Of a DNA stretch of 64,000 nucleotides, positions 29,690-40,296 are shown one piece after another (position 1 is the stretch's first letter; every line of letters begins with the position of its first letter). Made by a program: the position numbers and the translations under genes. Under the pieces are notes generated by a model that did no database searches, was not told the origin of the DNA, and saw nothing but the letters and a program-made list of their open reading frames with translations. The DNA comes from an uncultured delta proteobacterium (GTDB lineage: Bacteria > Desulfobacterota > Binatia > UBA9968), in the NCBI GenBank assembly GCA_963745835.1, contig CAVUZH010000002.1, positions 1 through 64,000 of the forward strand. Direction: 5' to 3'.

Positions 29690-30904
29690 ATGCCTCTCTC
29701 CCGCAACATAGTTCTGCTCCTCTGCGCCGGCGTTGTGACGATGACATCGATCGGCATGAATTCGTTCAGCCTGTTTCTTAGACCCATCGAGGCGGAATTC
29801 GGCTGGTCGCGGACCATTGCCACGGTGCCGTACATGTTCGGCATGCTCGGCTGGGGAGTCGGCGGCGTCTTCTTTGGTAAACTGGCCGACGATCTGGGCG
29901 CCCGCCGGGTCATTCTTACCGGGATTCTTCTGATGGCGGCAGGTTTTTTCGGCATGGGCCTTTCGCAAAACTTGTGGCAACTGTCGCTCTCGTACGGGAT
30001 TCTGGTCGGGCTGGCGAAGGGAGCGGCCGGACTCGTGATCATCTCCCTCCTGGTCGCCAAGCACTACCAGGCTAATCGTCGAGGGCTCGCTGTTAGTGTC
30101 ATACAGACGGCCTCGCCGCTGAGCCCGGTGTTCTTTTCCCCGCTGCTTTACTTCTTGATCGAGAGGTTCGATTGGCGCGCTGCCGCTTTGGCCAGCGGTG
30201 TCTTGCTGTTGGCGGTGGCTTTTCCACTCGGCTGGTTCGGCGCGCGCGACCCGAATGATGTTGCGACCGCCCGGCGGGAGCGCGCAAGTTGGGCAAGCTG
30301 TCTTCCTTACCTGCGCGATCGTTCGATGATCTTGCTGTTCGCCGCGCGATTTTCCTGCGGCGTAGGTTTGTTTCAGACCGTGCATCTTGTGGCGATCGCG
30401 CTGAGCAAAGGTTTCGATGCCGCGACCGGAGCTTTCGCTGTCGGCGTTTTTGGCGCAGCGGCGGCGCTGTCGGCGCTGTTTTTTGGTTGGCTCTCGGACC
30501 GCTATGGCCGGGCGCAAGTGCTCGCTCTCACTTATCTCGTGCGCGGCTTGGGCACACTGGTATTTGCCCTTGATATGCCCAACGAGCTTTTCTTCTACGC
30601 CGTTGTGGCACTCGCAATGGGGCCCACCTTCGGCACGATCGCGGTTCAGAATGTGATGTTCTACGAGATTGTCGGACCGAGGATGGCCGGAGTCATCCTG
30701 GGGATAAGTTTCATCGTCCACCAGATCGGCTCCGCCGGAGGTCCGATGCTGGCGAGCCTGGCCTTCGACATGACCGGCAGCTACGACGGGTTCATGATTA
30801 TCATGGGCGTTATTCTCTTGCTCTCCGCGGCGCTTGTCTACAACACAGTTTCAGGGAAGCCGATCGCCGCAGCCGCTCCTAGCATGAGCGAAGCGCGCAC
30901 GTGA
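29690..30904 (+). CDS. MFS transporter (OFA/MCT-like)
   Basis: EAEFGWSR, GKLADDLGARR, GWLSDRYGR; 12-TM pattern. Confidence 0.88.
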   Translation: MPLSRNIVLLLCAGVVTMTSIGMNSFSLFLRPIEAEFGWSRTIATVPYMFGMLGWGVGGVFFGKLADDLGARRVILTGILLMAAGFFGMGLSQNLWQLSLSYGILVGLAKGAAGLVIISLLVAKHYQANRRGLAVSVIQTASPLSPVFFSPLLYFLIERFDWRAAALASGVLLLAVAFPLGWFGARDPNDVATARRERASWASCLPYLRDRSMILLFAARFSCGVGLFQTVHLVAIALSKGFDAATGAFAVGVFGAAAALSALFFGWLSDRYGRAQVLALTYLVRGLGTLVFALDMPNELFFYAVVALAMGPTFGTIAVQNVMFYEIVGPRMAGVILGISFIVHQIGSAGGPMLASLAFDMTGSYDGFMIIMGVILLLSAALVYNTVSGKPIAAAAPSMSEART

Positions 30905-31238
30905 ACCGCCAAATCCAAGAGAGCGCGCAAAACAAGATTACGAATGTCGGCGGGGAATCCTGGGTGTGTGTGGATTCGTTAGGATAGACTTCAGAGTGCG
31001 CAAGCGTTTGCCGGACTAATACTGAGCAGGATAGAATCGGGGTACATATATTGTCCCGGAATTTCCCCACCCGGTTAGCGCCCAGAGTTTAGAGTCCACA
31101 GTCGCAGTTGTCGGATCGACAAAGCACGCTGAACGGGTGGACCAAGAGTGGATCTGTGCGATGCGCCTAGTTTGAGCCTTTGCGCAAGCCGGAGGTTTGC
31201 GAGATCGAGATCGCGCTGAGACTGCCGCGCGAGAATGC

Positions 31239-31940
31239 TCACCCAGCCATTCTGGACGGATTTTTCCGAAAGTGATTTTTCACCTCCTCCAAGTGCATGA
31301 CATCGGCATACTTGTGATGCAAATCGAACAGGTTGAGCTTGTGTGTTAGCAGACTTCGGTCAAAGCAGCATTCTTCCACGACCACGACGTGATAACCGTA
31401 GGAGTAGGCTTCTACCACCGAGGCGCGCACACATCCGCTCGTGCTCTCGCCGCAGACGATCAAGCTGTCGATCCCGAGGCGGGTGAGATTTGTAACCAGA
31501 GCGGTGCCGAAGAACGCGCTCGCCCGCTGCTTGTAGATTACCAGGTCGCCCGGCTGAGGCTTGAAGTCCTCGCGGATGTCGAAGGCTTCCTTTTCGCCCC
31601 GGAACTTGTGCTTAGTCGCATAGACTCCCGCCGGATTCACTTCGTCGCGCGTCTCGCTGGTCGTGTAGATCACGGGCAGGGGTTGGGCCCGCGCCAAGGC
31701 GATCAGTTCCTGGATCGGCTTGATCGCGTTGTGGGCGTAGAGGCCGCACGATTTCTTGTGCTCTTTCACAACCTCCTGCACGGGCGTCGGGCCGCCTTCG
31801 AAAACGAGGTTGTAAAGATCGATGGCGAGCAGGGCAGGATTTCGCCCGACGTGGGTTTCCCGGTTATAGGAGCTGTACACCTCGTGCATCTCCTCGTCCA
31901 TCACATCCTTCCAGCAATGATCCTCGAATGTCTTGTTCAT
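31239..31940 (-). CDS. Isochorismatase-family cysteine hydrolase
   Basis: PALLAID, K.RASAFFGT, GESTSGCVRAS (Asp-Lys-Cys triad). Confidence 0.9.
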   Translation of the reverse strand: MNKTFEDHCWKDVMDEEMHEVYSSYNRETHVGRNPALLAIDLYNLVFEGGPTPVQEVVKEHKKSCGLYAHNAIKPIQELIALARAQPLPVIYTTSETRDEVNPAGVYATKHKFRGEKEAFDIREDFKPQPGDLVIYKQRASAFFGTALVTNLTRLGIDSLIVCGESTSGCVRASVVEAYSYGYHVVVVEECCFDRSLLTHKLNLFDLHHKYADVMHLEEVKNHFRKNPSRMAG

Positions 31941-31958
31941 CGCGCTCGTCCTCCATTG

Positions 31959-33041
31959 TTATTGGAGAAGCTTCTCCAGACGCTTGACCATCTGCGGCGA
32001 AGTTCCCATCACCTCGCGCGCCAAACGCTCCAATTCAACGCCGTTTTTCGGATTTACATCGAGGCTCAGTTTGCGCGCCTCCATGAGGAACTCGGGATCT
32101 TTCATCGTTTTCGAAAAAGAGTTCCGCAGAAGCTCCAGGCGATCCTCCGGTATTCCCGGTGGCGCTACAAACGGCCGGCCGAAATCCGGGGCTGCCAAGA
32201 CCACGTTCATTAGCTCGAGGTCCTCTTTGCCGATCTGTTGTTTTTGCGCGACCTCCCAAACCGTCGGCACATCCGGCAACGCGGCATCTCTTTGTCTGCC
32301 GCTATGAACCAGCACCCGAATGAAGCCGCTCTTGACCCATGTTTTCAACGGCTCTGCGCTGAGAAGCGTGGTTACGCTAATTGCACGGCAGACTGCCTCG
32401 CCCCTTTCGATGGCCAGGTTCATGGCTCCCGAACCTTGGTAACCCAACACCTGCTTGAACTTTGCCCCGAACACCTCGGTAAGAAGCCGGACGAACGCAT
32501 AGTTTGACGATCCGGCGGCGCTGTCGGCGCATACCACGGGCTCCCGCGCCGCTTTGATGTCATCCAAGCTGCGATAGCCGGAATCGCTTCGAACAAAAAG
32601 GCTGGTGACGTTAGGTTGGTCGGTGCCGATCCAGCTGAATTTCACCCAGTCGAATTTGATTTCCGGTTTGCCGAGAAGCTGCGCCTGATAGAGGCCCCCA
32701 GCGATCAGACCAACGGCGAGCCCATCGGGCTTGGCCACGCTGTAGATATAATTTGCCGCAATCGCTCCAGCCGCGCCGGGCATATTCTGAACGACGACCT
32801 GCGGATTTCCGGGAATCTGTTTTGGCAGGTGACGAGCCACCAGCCTGGCCAGTAGATCGCTGCCGCCCCCAGCCGTTCCATAATCAACGATGCGAATGGT
32901 CTTGTCTTCGTAAAACGGACGGACTTGAGCCCGGGCGTCGCTGGTTTTCAAAATCCCCCAGATGGCGACACAGCAGAGGGGTAGCATCCACTTGCGCGCT
33001 CCTTTGATTTTCGCCATGAGCGCTGGCTCCACATTTTCCAT
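31959..33041 (-). CDS. Bug/TctC substrate-binding protein
   Basis: PFYEDKTIRIV, IPGNPQVVVQNMPGAAG, AKPDGL, LAIERGE. Confidence 0.9.
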   Translation of the reverse strand: MENVEPALMAKIKGARKWMLPLCCVAIWGILKTSDARAQVRPFYEDKTIRIVDYGTAGGGSDLLARLVARHLPKQIPGNPQVVVQNMPGAAGAIAANYIYSVAKPDGLAVGLIAGGLYQAQLLGKPEIKFDWVKFSWIGTDQPNVTSLFVRSDSGYRSLDDIKAAREPVVCADSAAGSSNYAFVRLLTEVFGAKFKQVLGYQGSGAMNLAIERGEAVCRAISVTTLLSAEPLKTWVKSGFIRVLVHSGRQRDAALPDVPTVWEVAQKQQIGKEDLELMNVVLAAPDFGRPFVAPPGIPEDRLELLRNSFSKTMKDPEFLMEARKLSLDVNPKNGVELERLAREVMGTSPQMVKRLEKLLQ

Positions 33042-33189
33042 GCGCTGATTTCTGACACAAACCCCTAAGAATTGAAAGTTTCGCCGATCCGCGCGCAGCC
33101 GCTTGCGCCGGACCTACGGGTCGGAATAGGCTCGATCAGTAATCCATCTTTGAAGGAAAAAACCTTTTCATCAAATTCGGAGGACCGCC

Positions 33190-35107
33190 ATGACAGATAG
33201 CTATGACGCTGTCTATACTCGCTGGCTGAACGATCCTGAGAATTTCTGGGCCGAGGCGGCCGAAGCGGTGCATTGGGATAAAAAGTGGGACAGGGTGCTC
33301 GACGATTCGCGGCCGCCGTTCTATCGATGGTTCCCCGGCGGACTCCTCAATACTTGCTACAACGCGCTTGATCGCCACGTCGAAAGCGGCCGGGCGGATC
33401 AGCCGGCGCTGATTTACGACAGTCCGGTCACGGGAACCGTTCAGACGTTCACCTATCGCGAGTTGCTCGATCAAGTAGCGCGCTTTGCCGGGGTGCTTAG
33501 CGCGCAAGGAGTTCAGAAAGGCGATCGGGTCATTATTTACATGCCGATGGTGCCGGAGGCGATCGTCGCGATGCTCGCGTGCGCGCGCATCGGCGCGATT
33601 CATTCCGTCGTCTTCGGAGGCTTTGCTTCCCATGAGCTCGCCAATCGCATCACCGATGCGCGACCGAAGGTGATCGTATCGGCGACCTGCGGCATCGAAG
33701 TTGGTCGGATCATTCCGTACAAACCTTTGCTCGATAAAGCGATTGAGCTTGCGGCAGTGAAGCCGGAGCGTTGCATTATTGTCCAGCGTCCGCAGGAACA
33801 GGCGTCGATGATCGGTGGGCGCGACCTCGATTGGTCGGAAGAAATGGTCCGGGCAAAATCCGCCGGCTGCGTTCCCGTCCGAGCCACCGATCCGCTTTAC
33901 ATCCTTTACACTTCCGGCACGACCGGCATGCCCAAAGGGATCGTGCGCGACAATGGCGGGCATCTGGTCTCGCTCCGATGGAGCATGCAGCACATCTATG
34001 GCGTGGAGCCGGGTGAAGTCTACTGGGCAGCATCGGACGTGGGCTGGGTGGTCGGCCACTCGTACATAGTTTACGCGCCGCTGTTCAACGGCAATACCAC
34101 GGTGCTCTACGAAGGCAAACCGGTCGGCACTCCCGACGCAGGCGCGTTCTGGCGGGTGGTCTCACAACACCGTGTGAAGGTGTTGTTCACGGCGCCGACG
34201 GCGTTTCGCGCGATCAAGCGCGAAGATCCCAACGGCGAATGCATGGGTAAGTACGACTTGAGCGGCTTTCGCACGCTCTTTCTCGCCGGCGAGCGTTGCG
34301 ATCCGGACACGCTCTTGTGGGCGCAAAAGCAGCTTGGCGTGCCGGTGATCGATCACTGGTGGCAGACCGAAACTGGCTGGCCGATCGGCGCCAATTGTAT
34401 CGGATTGGGGATGCTGCCGGTGAAACCGGGTTCGTGCACGAAAGCCGTGCCCGGTTACGATGTCCGGGTTCTTGGAGACGACGGCACGGAATTACCGCCG
34501 GGTCAGATCGGCAGTATCGTCATCAAGCTGCCGTTACCCCCAGGTTGTCTTCCGACGCTGTGGAACAACGATGAAGGCTACCGCAAGGCCTACCTCGCCA
34601 GATTTCCCGGCTACTACCTGACCGGCGATGCGGGGTACAAAGATGACGACGGCTATCTTTCGGTAATGACCCGCACCGACGACATCATCAATGTCGCCAG
34701 TCATCGGCTCTCCACGGGCGCGCTGGAAGAGGTGCTGGCGTCTCACCCGGATGTCGCCGAGTGCGCGGTCCTGGGAGTCGCCGATGAGATCAAAGGGGAA
34801 ATTCCCCTGGGCTTGATCGTGCTCAAGGCCGGCGTGCGACGTTCCCACGGCGAGATCGTAAGCGAGGTGGTCCGAGATGGTGCGCGAAAGGATCGGCGCC
34901 GTGGCTTCTTTCAGGGTCGCGACGGTCGTCAAGCGGCTGCCCAAGACGCGCTCGGGCAAGATTCTGCGCGGTACCATCAAGAAGATTGCCGATGGGGTCG
35001 ATTATCAAGTTCCGCCCACCATCGACGATCCGCTGATCCTCGATGAAATTACCGCCGATTTGTCCGTGCTGGGCTATCCTGCCGGTTCGGCAAGGAACTC
35101 GGTCTGA
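33190..35107 (+). CDS. prpE: Propionyl-CoA synthetase (acyl-CoA ligase) with one apparent frameshift near 34873
   Basis: YILYTSGTTGMPKG, DHWWQTETG, RTDDIINVASHRLSTG; C-terminus MVRERIGAVASFR...LPKTRSGKILR continues in another frame. Confidence 0.85.
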
Positions 35108-35383
35108 TCATCTTCTTGGCGTGAAGTTGCATGAAGAGGATTGCGGCGGTCAGTCGTTAGTGATTGAGCTTGCTCCAATCTTCTGCCTTTACGGGGAATT
35201 GTTTGCGCCATTCTGCGTGAATTCCGTGTCGATCTGGCATACCTGAAGATCGCGCCGGTTGCTCTCATATGTTTAATGGTTGTTGCGTTGTTTTTGATTA
35301 GTTTCCACGCGGGTTCGTCGTTGTGACGAACGAGACGGCGGCCGCTCGCGCTCCCCCGCCTTCCCCTTTCGTCGATCCAACTC

Positions 35384-35452
35384 TTGACCGCAGCGTACGC
35401 TCATAATAGAAAATCGTTGTACAGTTATGAAAGGCCCTTCCACAATATGGAA
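35384..35452 (+). promoter_or_regulatory. Putative promoter and IclR-type operator boxes
   Basis: TTGACC-17bp-TAGAAA; three 15-bp boxes GCTCATAATAGAAAA, TGTACAGTTATGAAA and palindromic TTCCACAATATGGAA (overlaps the start codon). Confidence 0.4.
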
Positions 35453-36274
35453 TCGAAGTCGCTTGGAGCGCGGGTTCTAGAAAAATCCATCGATCTACTC
35501 TATTCGTTTGAATCCTACCGTCCTGAGCAGTCGCTGTTTCAGATCAGTCGCAGCTTAGGATTTCCCCCGAGCACGGTGCGTCGGCTCTTGAAGGTGATGA
35601 TATCGCGGCGGTTGATCCAGCAGGATGCCGCGACCAAGCTCTATCGCCTCGGGCCTGGGCTCTTCTATCTGGCCTCGGTGGCGCGCGAGGGACTGGAGAT
35701 CAGGAAGATTGCTCTGCCGTTGATGGAGCGCCTGCGCGATCTCACCGGAGAAAATGCAATATTGCACGAATTGCGTGACTGCCAACGCGTGTGTATCGAG
35801 AAAGTCGAGAGCAGGGAAGTGCTGCGAGATTCTCTGCGTGTGGGCGATCAGTTTCCGGCGCACGCGGGTGCGAGCGGCAAGATCCTCTTGGCGTATCTCC
35901 CTCCCCAGGAGCTCAAGGAGTTTTTGAAATCGGCGCACGGCTTGAAAGCGCTGACCCCGCGCACGATCACCGATCCGAAAAAACTCGCGGCGGATCTGGC
36001 TCGCACAAAGAGACAGGGATATTCCTATAGTTGCGGCGAGCGCGTCATGGACGGACTCTGCGCCATCAGCGCGCCGATCTTCGATAGCGAAGGCCGGGCA
36101 CCCTACTCCCTGACGATTACCTTGACACCGTTCAGACTGCAGGCGAAGGGAAGAGGCAAGCTGGTGGAGGCCGTCAAGCGATTTGCCGCCGAGATCTCAC
36201 ATAAGCTCGGCAGCGGTAGCGCGAATTCCGTACCGACGGCGCGCGTAACCGGCGGCAGGCGAGTGCGACAATGA
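35447..36274 (+). CDS. IclR family transcriptional regulator
   Basis: HTH ISRSLGFPPSTVRRLL, YRLGP, LRDLTGE, PAHAGASGKILLAYL, AISAPIFD. Confidence 0.93.
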   Translation: MESKSLGARVLEKSIDLLYSFESYRPEQSLFQISRSLGFPPSTVRRLLKVMISRRLIQQDAATKLYRLGPGLFYLASVAREGLEIRKIALPLMERLRDLTGENAILHELRDCQRVCIEKVESREVLRDSLRVGDQFPAHAGASGKILLAYLPPQELKEFLKSAHGLKALTPRTITDPKKLAADLARTKRQGYSYSCGERVMDGLCAISAPIFDSEGRAPYSLTITLTPFRLQAKGRGKLVEAVKRFAAEISHKLGSGSANSVPTARVTGGRRVRQ

Positions 36275-37662
36275 CATATTCTAGAAATACGCGAGCGACA
36301 GCGGCGCAAAGCCTTGCCCGGTTCATCTGTGATCTAAGCTATGCGCAGATTCCGGCCGACGCTGTGTGGCGCTGCCGGGAGCTATTGTTGGATCAATTGG
36401 GTTGCCAGCTGATCGGCGCCAGTGTGCCGTGGAATCAGCCGGTCTATCGATTTGTAAAAAGCGCGAAAGGCGGTGGCCCGGCCAAGATCGTGAAGTATGC
36501 CGATCAGGTGCCGACCGACGACGCGGTTCTCGTGAATGGAACCTTCGCCCAGGGTTGCGAGCTCGACGATTACTACGATCAGGGCGGCGGCCATCCCGGC
36601 GCGGCAACAGTGCCCGTGATTCTCGCGCTCGCGCAGCAGCAGACGGTCAGCGGGCAGGAGCTCATCACAGCTATGGTCGGCGGCTATGAAGTCGGCTGGC
36701 GCATCGGCCGCGCGCTCTTGCCGGAATTGATGACGCGCGGCTATCACGCGCAGAGCGTGGTGGGCGTTTTCATCGCCGCCGCCGCCGCAGGCAAAATTCT
36801 TCGCCTCGATCCGGAGCAGATGACTCACGCTCTGGCGATCGCCGGCAGCCATTCCGGCGGTACCATGGAGTACGACCAGAGCGGCGGCGAAGTGAAACGG
36901 TTACACAACGGTATGGCCTGCTGCGGCGGGCTCCGCTCCGCGCTGCTGGCGCAGAACGGCCTCACCGGACCGCCGACGATCTTCGAAGGCGAGCGCGGCA
37001 TTCTGAAAGTCATGTCGGGGACCAGCAATGTCGAGCCGATCGTCAAGAACCTCGACGCCGGCAATGAAGATCTCGCGCTCTATCATGCGGCGATGAAGCG
37101 TTTTCCGGTGAATGCCAGCCAGCACTCGCCGATCGAGCTGCTCGACAGTCTGGTCCGCGAGCACAACATCGACCCGCGCCAGGTTACGAAGATCATTGTC
37201 GAGCTCAATGAAGGAATCCTGCTGCACGGCGGCACCATCTATCAGCCCAAGGAAGTCATCGAAGCCCAATTCAGCCTACGCTTTTCTCTCGCGCTGAGAT
37301 TCCTTAGAGGCAACAACGATCTGCAGCATTATCTCGACCCGGCCATGTGGAGCGATTCGGCGATGCTGGAGATCGGCAGGAAAATCGACCTGCTTGCCGA
37401 CCCTACGGCAACCGGTCCGCGCCGTTTCGCTTGCCGGATGACCATTTTGCTTTCGGACGGACGTGAAATGAGCGGTTCGTTGGCGGCGCCCAAGGGCAGT
37501 TATAAGAACCCTCTGGCTCCCGGCGAATTGCAGGACAAATTTTACCGGCTAGGCAGGACGGTTCTGGATGACGAAAGGCTCGGTTCGATCGTCGCTGCGG
37601 TGGAGCGGATTGAAAACGCGCCAAACGTCGCGGCGCTGAGCACGCTCATGACGGCGGCGTGA
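36271..37662 (+). CDS. MmgE/PrpD family protein
   Basis: LLDQLGC, NGTFAQGCELDD, GHPG, KRLHNG, PKGSYKNPL; ATGA overlap with the IclR gene. Confidence 0.9.
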   Translation: MTYSRNTRATAAQSLARFICDLSYAQIPADAVWRCRELLLDQLGCQLIGASVPWNQPVYRFVKSAKGGGPAKIVKYADQVPTDDAVLVNGTFAQGCELDDYYDQGGGHPGAATVPVILALAQQQTVSGQELITAMVGGYEVGWRIGRALLPELMTRGYHAQSVVGVFIAAAAAGKILRLDPEQMTHALAIAGSHSGGTMEYDQSGGEVKRLHNGMACCGGLRSALLAQNGLTGPPTIFEGERGILKVMSGTSNVEPIVKNLDAGNEDLALYHAAMKRFPVNASQHSPIELLDSLVREHNIDPRQVTKIIVELNEGILLHGGTIYQPKEVIEAQFSLRFSLALRFLRGNNDLQHYLDPAMWSDSAMLEIGRKIDLLADPTATGPRRFACRMTILLSDGREMSGSLAAPKGSYKNPLAPGELQDKFYRLGRTVLDDERLGSIVAAVERIENAPNVAALSTLMTAA

Positions 37663-37710
37663 TGCCGACGATTTCCGCGCTCGGAATGTCTGTGAATGGA
37701 GGATGAGTTG

Positions 37711-38723
37711 ATGAGCGGCAAAATCCGAATGTTGATCATACTCATGGCTGTGCTCGTTCGTCGGCATCTTTTGCTCGCCGGCGAGCGCGCAGACGATCGA
37801 GGAGCTTTACCGTAAAGCCGCCCAGGAAAAAACCATCAACTTCTACGGCACCCTGGCGCAGGTCAACGCCGAGAAGATCCTGCCGGTATTCGAGAAGCGC
37901 TATCCGGGGATTAAGCTAAATCACGTGGACATCACTTCGGACAGCCTGGTCGCCCGCGCTACGGCGGAAGCGCGCGGCGGCAAAACCCTCGGCGATATTT
38001 TTCAGGCGCCGCTGGAAACCGCGATCCAAATGAACGATCAAAAGCTGCTGCTCGAAGTGACCTTGCCGGAGTACTCCGCCTACCCGGCAATCATGAAAGG
38101 ACCCGTATTGGGTGGCGTCGAACCTGCAGTTTATCGTCGTCGCCTGGAATACCAACCTGCTCAAGAAAGAGGACGAGCCGAAATGGATCGACGATCTGGC
38201 GGATGCGAAGTATAAGGGCGCGTTAGTCGCCGAGCCGCGGGATTTCGAGTTTCTCATGGGCATCGCCAAGCACAAGTTCAAGAACGACGAGAAGGCGATC
38301 GCTTTGCTGCGCGCCATCGCTGCCAACGGCGTGGAGTTTCATAAAGGTCATTCGCAATTGACCGAGCTTCTGACCGGCGGTCAGGCCAAGCTTTGCGTGA
38401 CCTGCTTCGCGCATCAATTTCCCGGGCGGATGAAGAAAGGCGCGCCGGTAAATTTCTTGTTGAGCGAAGGCATCGGATCGATGAACGCGACGGCGATCTT
38501 CAAAGACGCGCCTCATCCGAACGCGGCGCTGCTTTTCGCCCGCTGGGCCGCCAGCGAAGAAGGGCAAAAGGTTTACGCCGAAGGCGGCCGGGCGCCCGCG
38601 CATCCCAAGGTCAATCCGATCGATCCGATCCGGCCGGAGCGGCTCTATCCGTTGGGCGTCGACGATATCAAAGAGTATCCCAAGTACGAAAAAATCTGGA
38701 AAGAAGTTTTTAAACTGCGCTAG
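37711..38723 (+). CDS. Extracellular solute-binding protein (AfuA-like) with two apparent frameshifts (~37757, ~38103)
   Basis: Signal peptide MSGKIRMLIILMAVL/FVGIFCSPASAQ, then AAQEKTINFYG, FEKRYPGI, KGP/YWVASNLQFIVVAWNT, APHPNAALLFARW. Confidence 0.8.
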
Positions 38724-38738
38724 AGATACAAGCTTACG

Positions 38739-40091
38739 ATGGACGCGGTCGAAGAAAAATTGGTTCGCTTTGCCGACTCGTTCGCTTTTGCCGATATCGA
38801 AGCACCCGTCCTGCACGCCATCAAGCTTCGCTTCATCGATACGATCGGCTGCGCTCTGGCGGGCTACCACGAAGCGCCGGCGAAGATCGCGCGGCGCCTC
38901 GCCGCACAAGTGCGCAGCTCCGAGGAAGCCGGCGTGATCGGCGCCACCGTCAAAACTTCGGCGGAGATGGCGGCGTTCGCCAACACGACCATGATCCGCT
39001 GCCTCGACTTGAACGACGACTATTTCGGCAAGGACGGCCCCCACCCCAGCGATCTGATCGGTGCGGTGCTGCCGGCATCGGAGATCGCGCAGGGAAACGG
39101 CTCGTCGTTCGTCGCCGCCGTCGCGGCTGCGTATGAGGTTCTTTGCACTCTCGTCGACTCGGTCGGCATCCGTGAGCGCGGTTGGGATTACGTCACCTAC
39201 ACCGCATTGGCCGCGGCGCTCGGCTCCGGCAAGGCGATGGGACTATCGCAGAAATCGTTGCGCGATTCTTTGAGCCTGGCGGCGACGGCGAATTGTTCGT
39301 TGGGACAAACCCGACTGGGCGAGCTTTCGATGTGGAAAGGTATGGCGTCAGCCAATGCCTGTCGCAATGGCCTCTTCGCGGCTCTGCTCGCACGCGCCGG
39401 GGTAAGCGGGCCCTTTTTGCCCTTCGAAGGGAAGGGCGGTTTTCTTCGGCAGGTCTGCGGCTCTTTGGATCTCTCCCGCCTGGGCGCGACGCCTTTGCGC
39501 GCGGGAATCGTTTATCTGAAAAACTGGCCGGTCTTCTACAGCGCGCAGGGAGCCGTCGATGCAGCGATCGAGCTGCGCGAGAAAGTCAGACCTGACGAAA
39601 TCAAAACTCTAGTCGTGGAATCCTATCAGCGCTTGATCGGGCGCGGCGCCACGGACCCGGAAAAATGGACGCCGCAATCACGCGAGACCGCCGATCACAG
39701 TGTGCCCTTCTGCGTAGCGGCAGCGCTGCTCGACGGCGGCGTGACGGCGCAAACCTTCGATGCGGCGCGGTTTCTCGATCGAGACGCGATCGAGCTGATG
39801 GCGAAAATCACTTTGCGGGAAGATCCGGAGTTCACGAAACAATATCCGGAAAAGTGGAACTGCCGCGTCGTCGCCGAAACATTTTCCGGCGCGCGGCACG
39901 AAGTCCATGTCGCCTATCCGAAAGGACATCCGGAGAATCCATTCTCGGACGCCGAAGTCGAGGACAAGTTTCTGCGGCTGGCGGAGTCGTCTCTCGGAAG
40001 AAGTCGCTGTCAAAAGTTCATCGATTGGGCTTGGCGGCTGGAGCAAGCGGAAGAGATCCGTGAGCTCTTTCCGCTGCTGGCAATTTCATGA
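38739..40091 (+). CDS. MmgE/PrpD family protein (2-methylcitrate dehydratase-like)
   Basis: AAFANTTMIRCLDLNDD, HPSD, RLGELSMWKG, RETADHSVPF, PKGHPENP. Confidence 0.9.
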   Translation: MDAVEEKLVRFADSFAFADIEAPVLHAIKLRFIDTIGCALAGYHEAPAKIARRLAAQVRSSEEAGVIGATVKTSAEMAAFANTTMIRCLDLNDDYFGKDGPHPSDLIGAVLPASEIAQGNGSSFVAAVAAAYEVLCTLVDSVGIRERGWDYVTYTALAAALGSGKAMGLSQKSLRDSLSLAATANCSLGQTRLGELSMWKGMASANACRNGLFAALLARAGVSGPFLPFEGKGGFLRQVCGSLDLSRLGATPLRAGIVYLKNWPVFYSAQGAVDAAIELREKVRPDEIKTLVVESYQRLIGRGATDPEKWTPQSRETADHSVPFCVAAALLDGGVTAQTFDAARFLDRDAIELMAKITLREDPEFTKQYPEKWNCRVVAETFSGARHEVHVAYPKGHPENPFSDAEVEDKFLRLAESSLGRSRCQKFIDWAWRLEQAEEIRELFPLLAIS

Positions 40092-40296
40092 AACGAATCG
40101 GATGAAACTGCGCAAGCCGCAGGATACAAAGCCGGAGATGTCACCCCCAATGTTTTTATCAGGGTCCAGTTTCTTCCCTTCCTTCATTTCCGTTAAAGCA
40201 TGCGGGAATGAAGGATTGGCAATTTACTGCATGCTGGAAGTTCTGGAAGGAGCCCAGAAAAGTTTCAGTGCAAAAATGAGGAGGTCTTGAAATTCT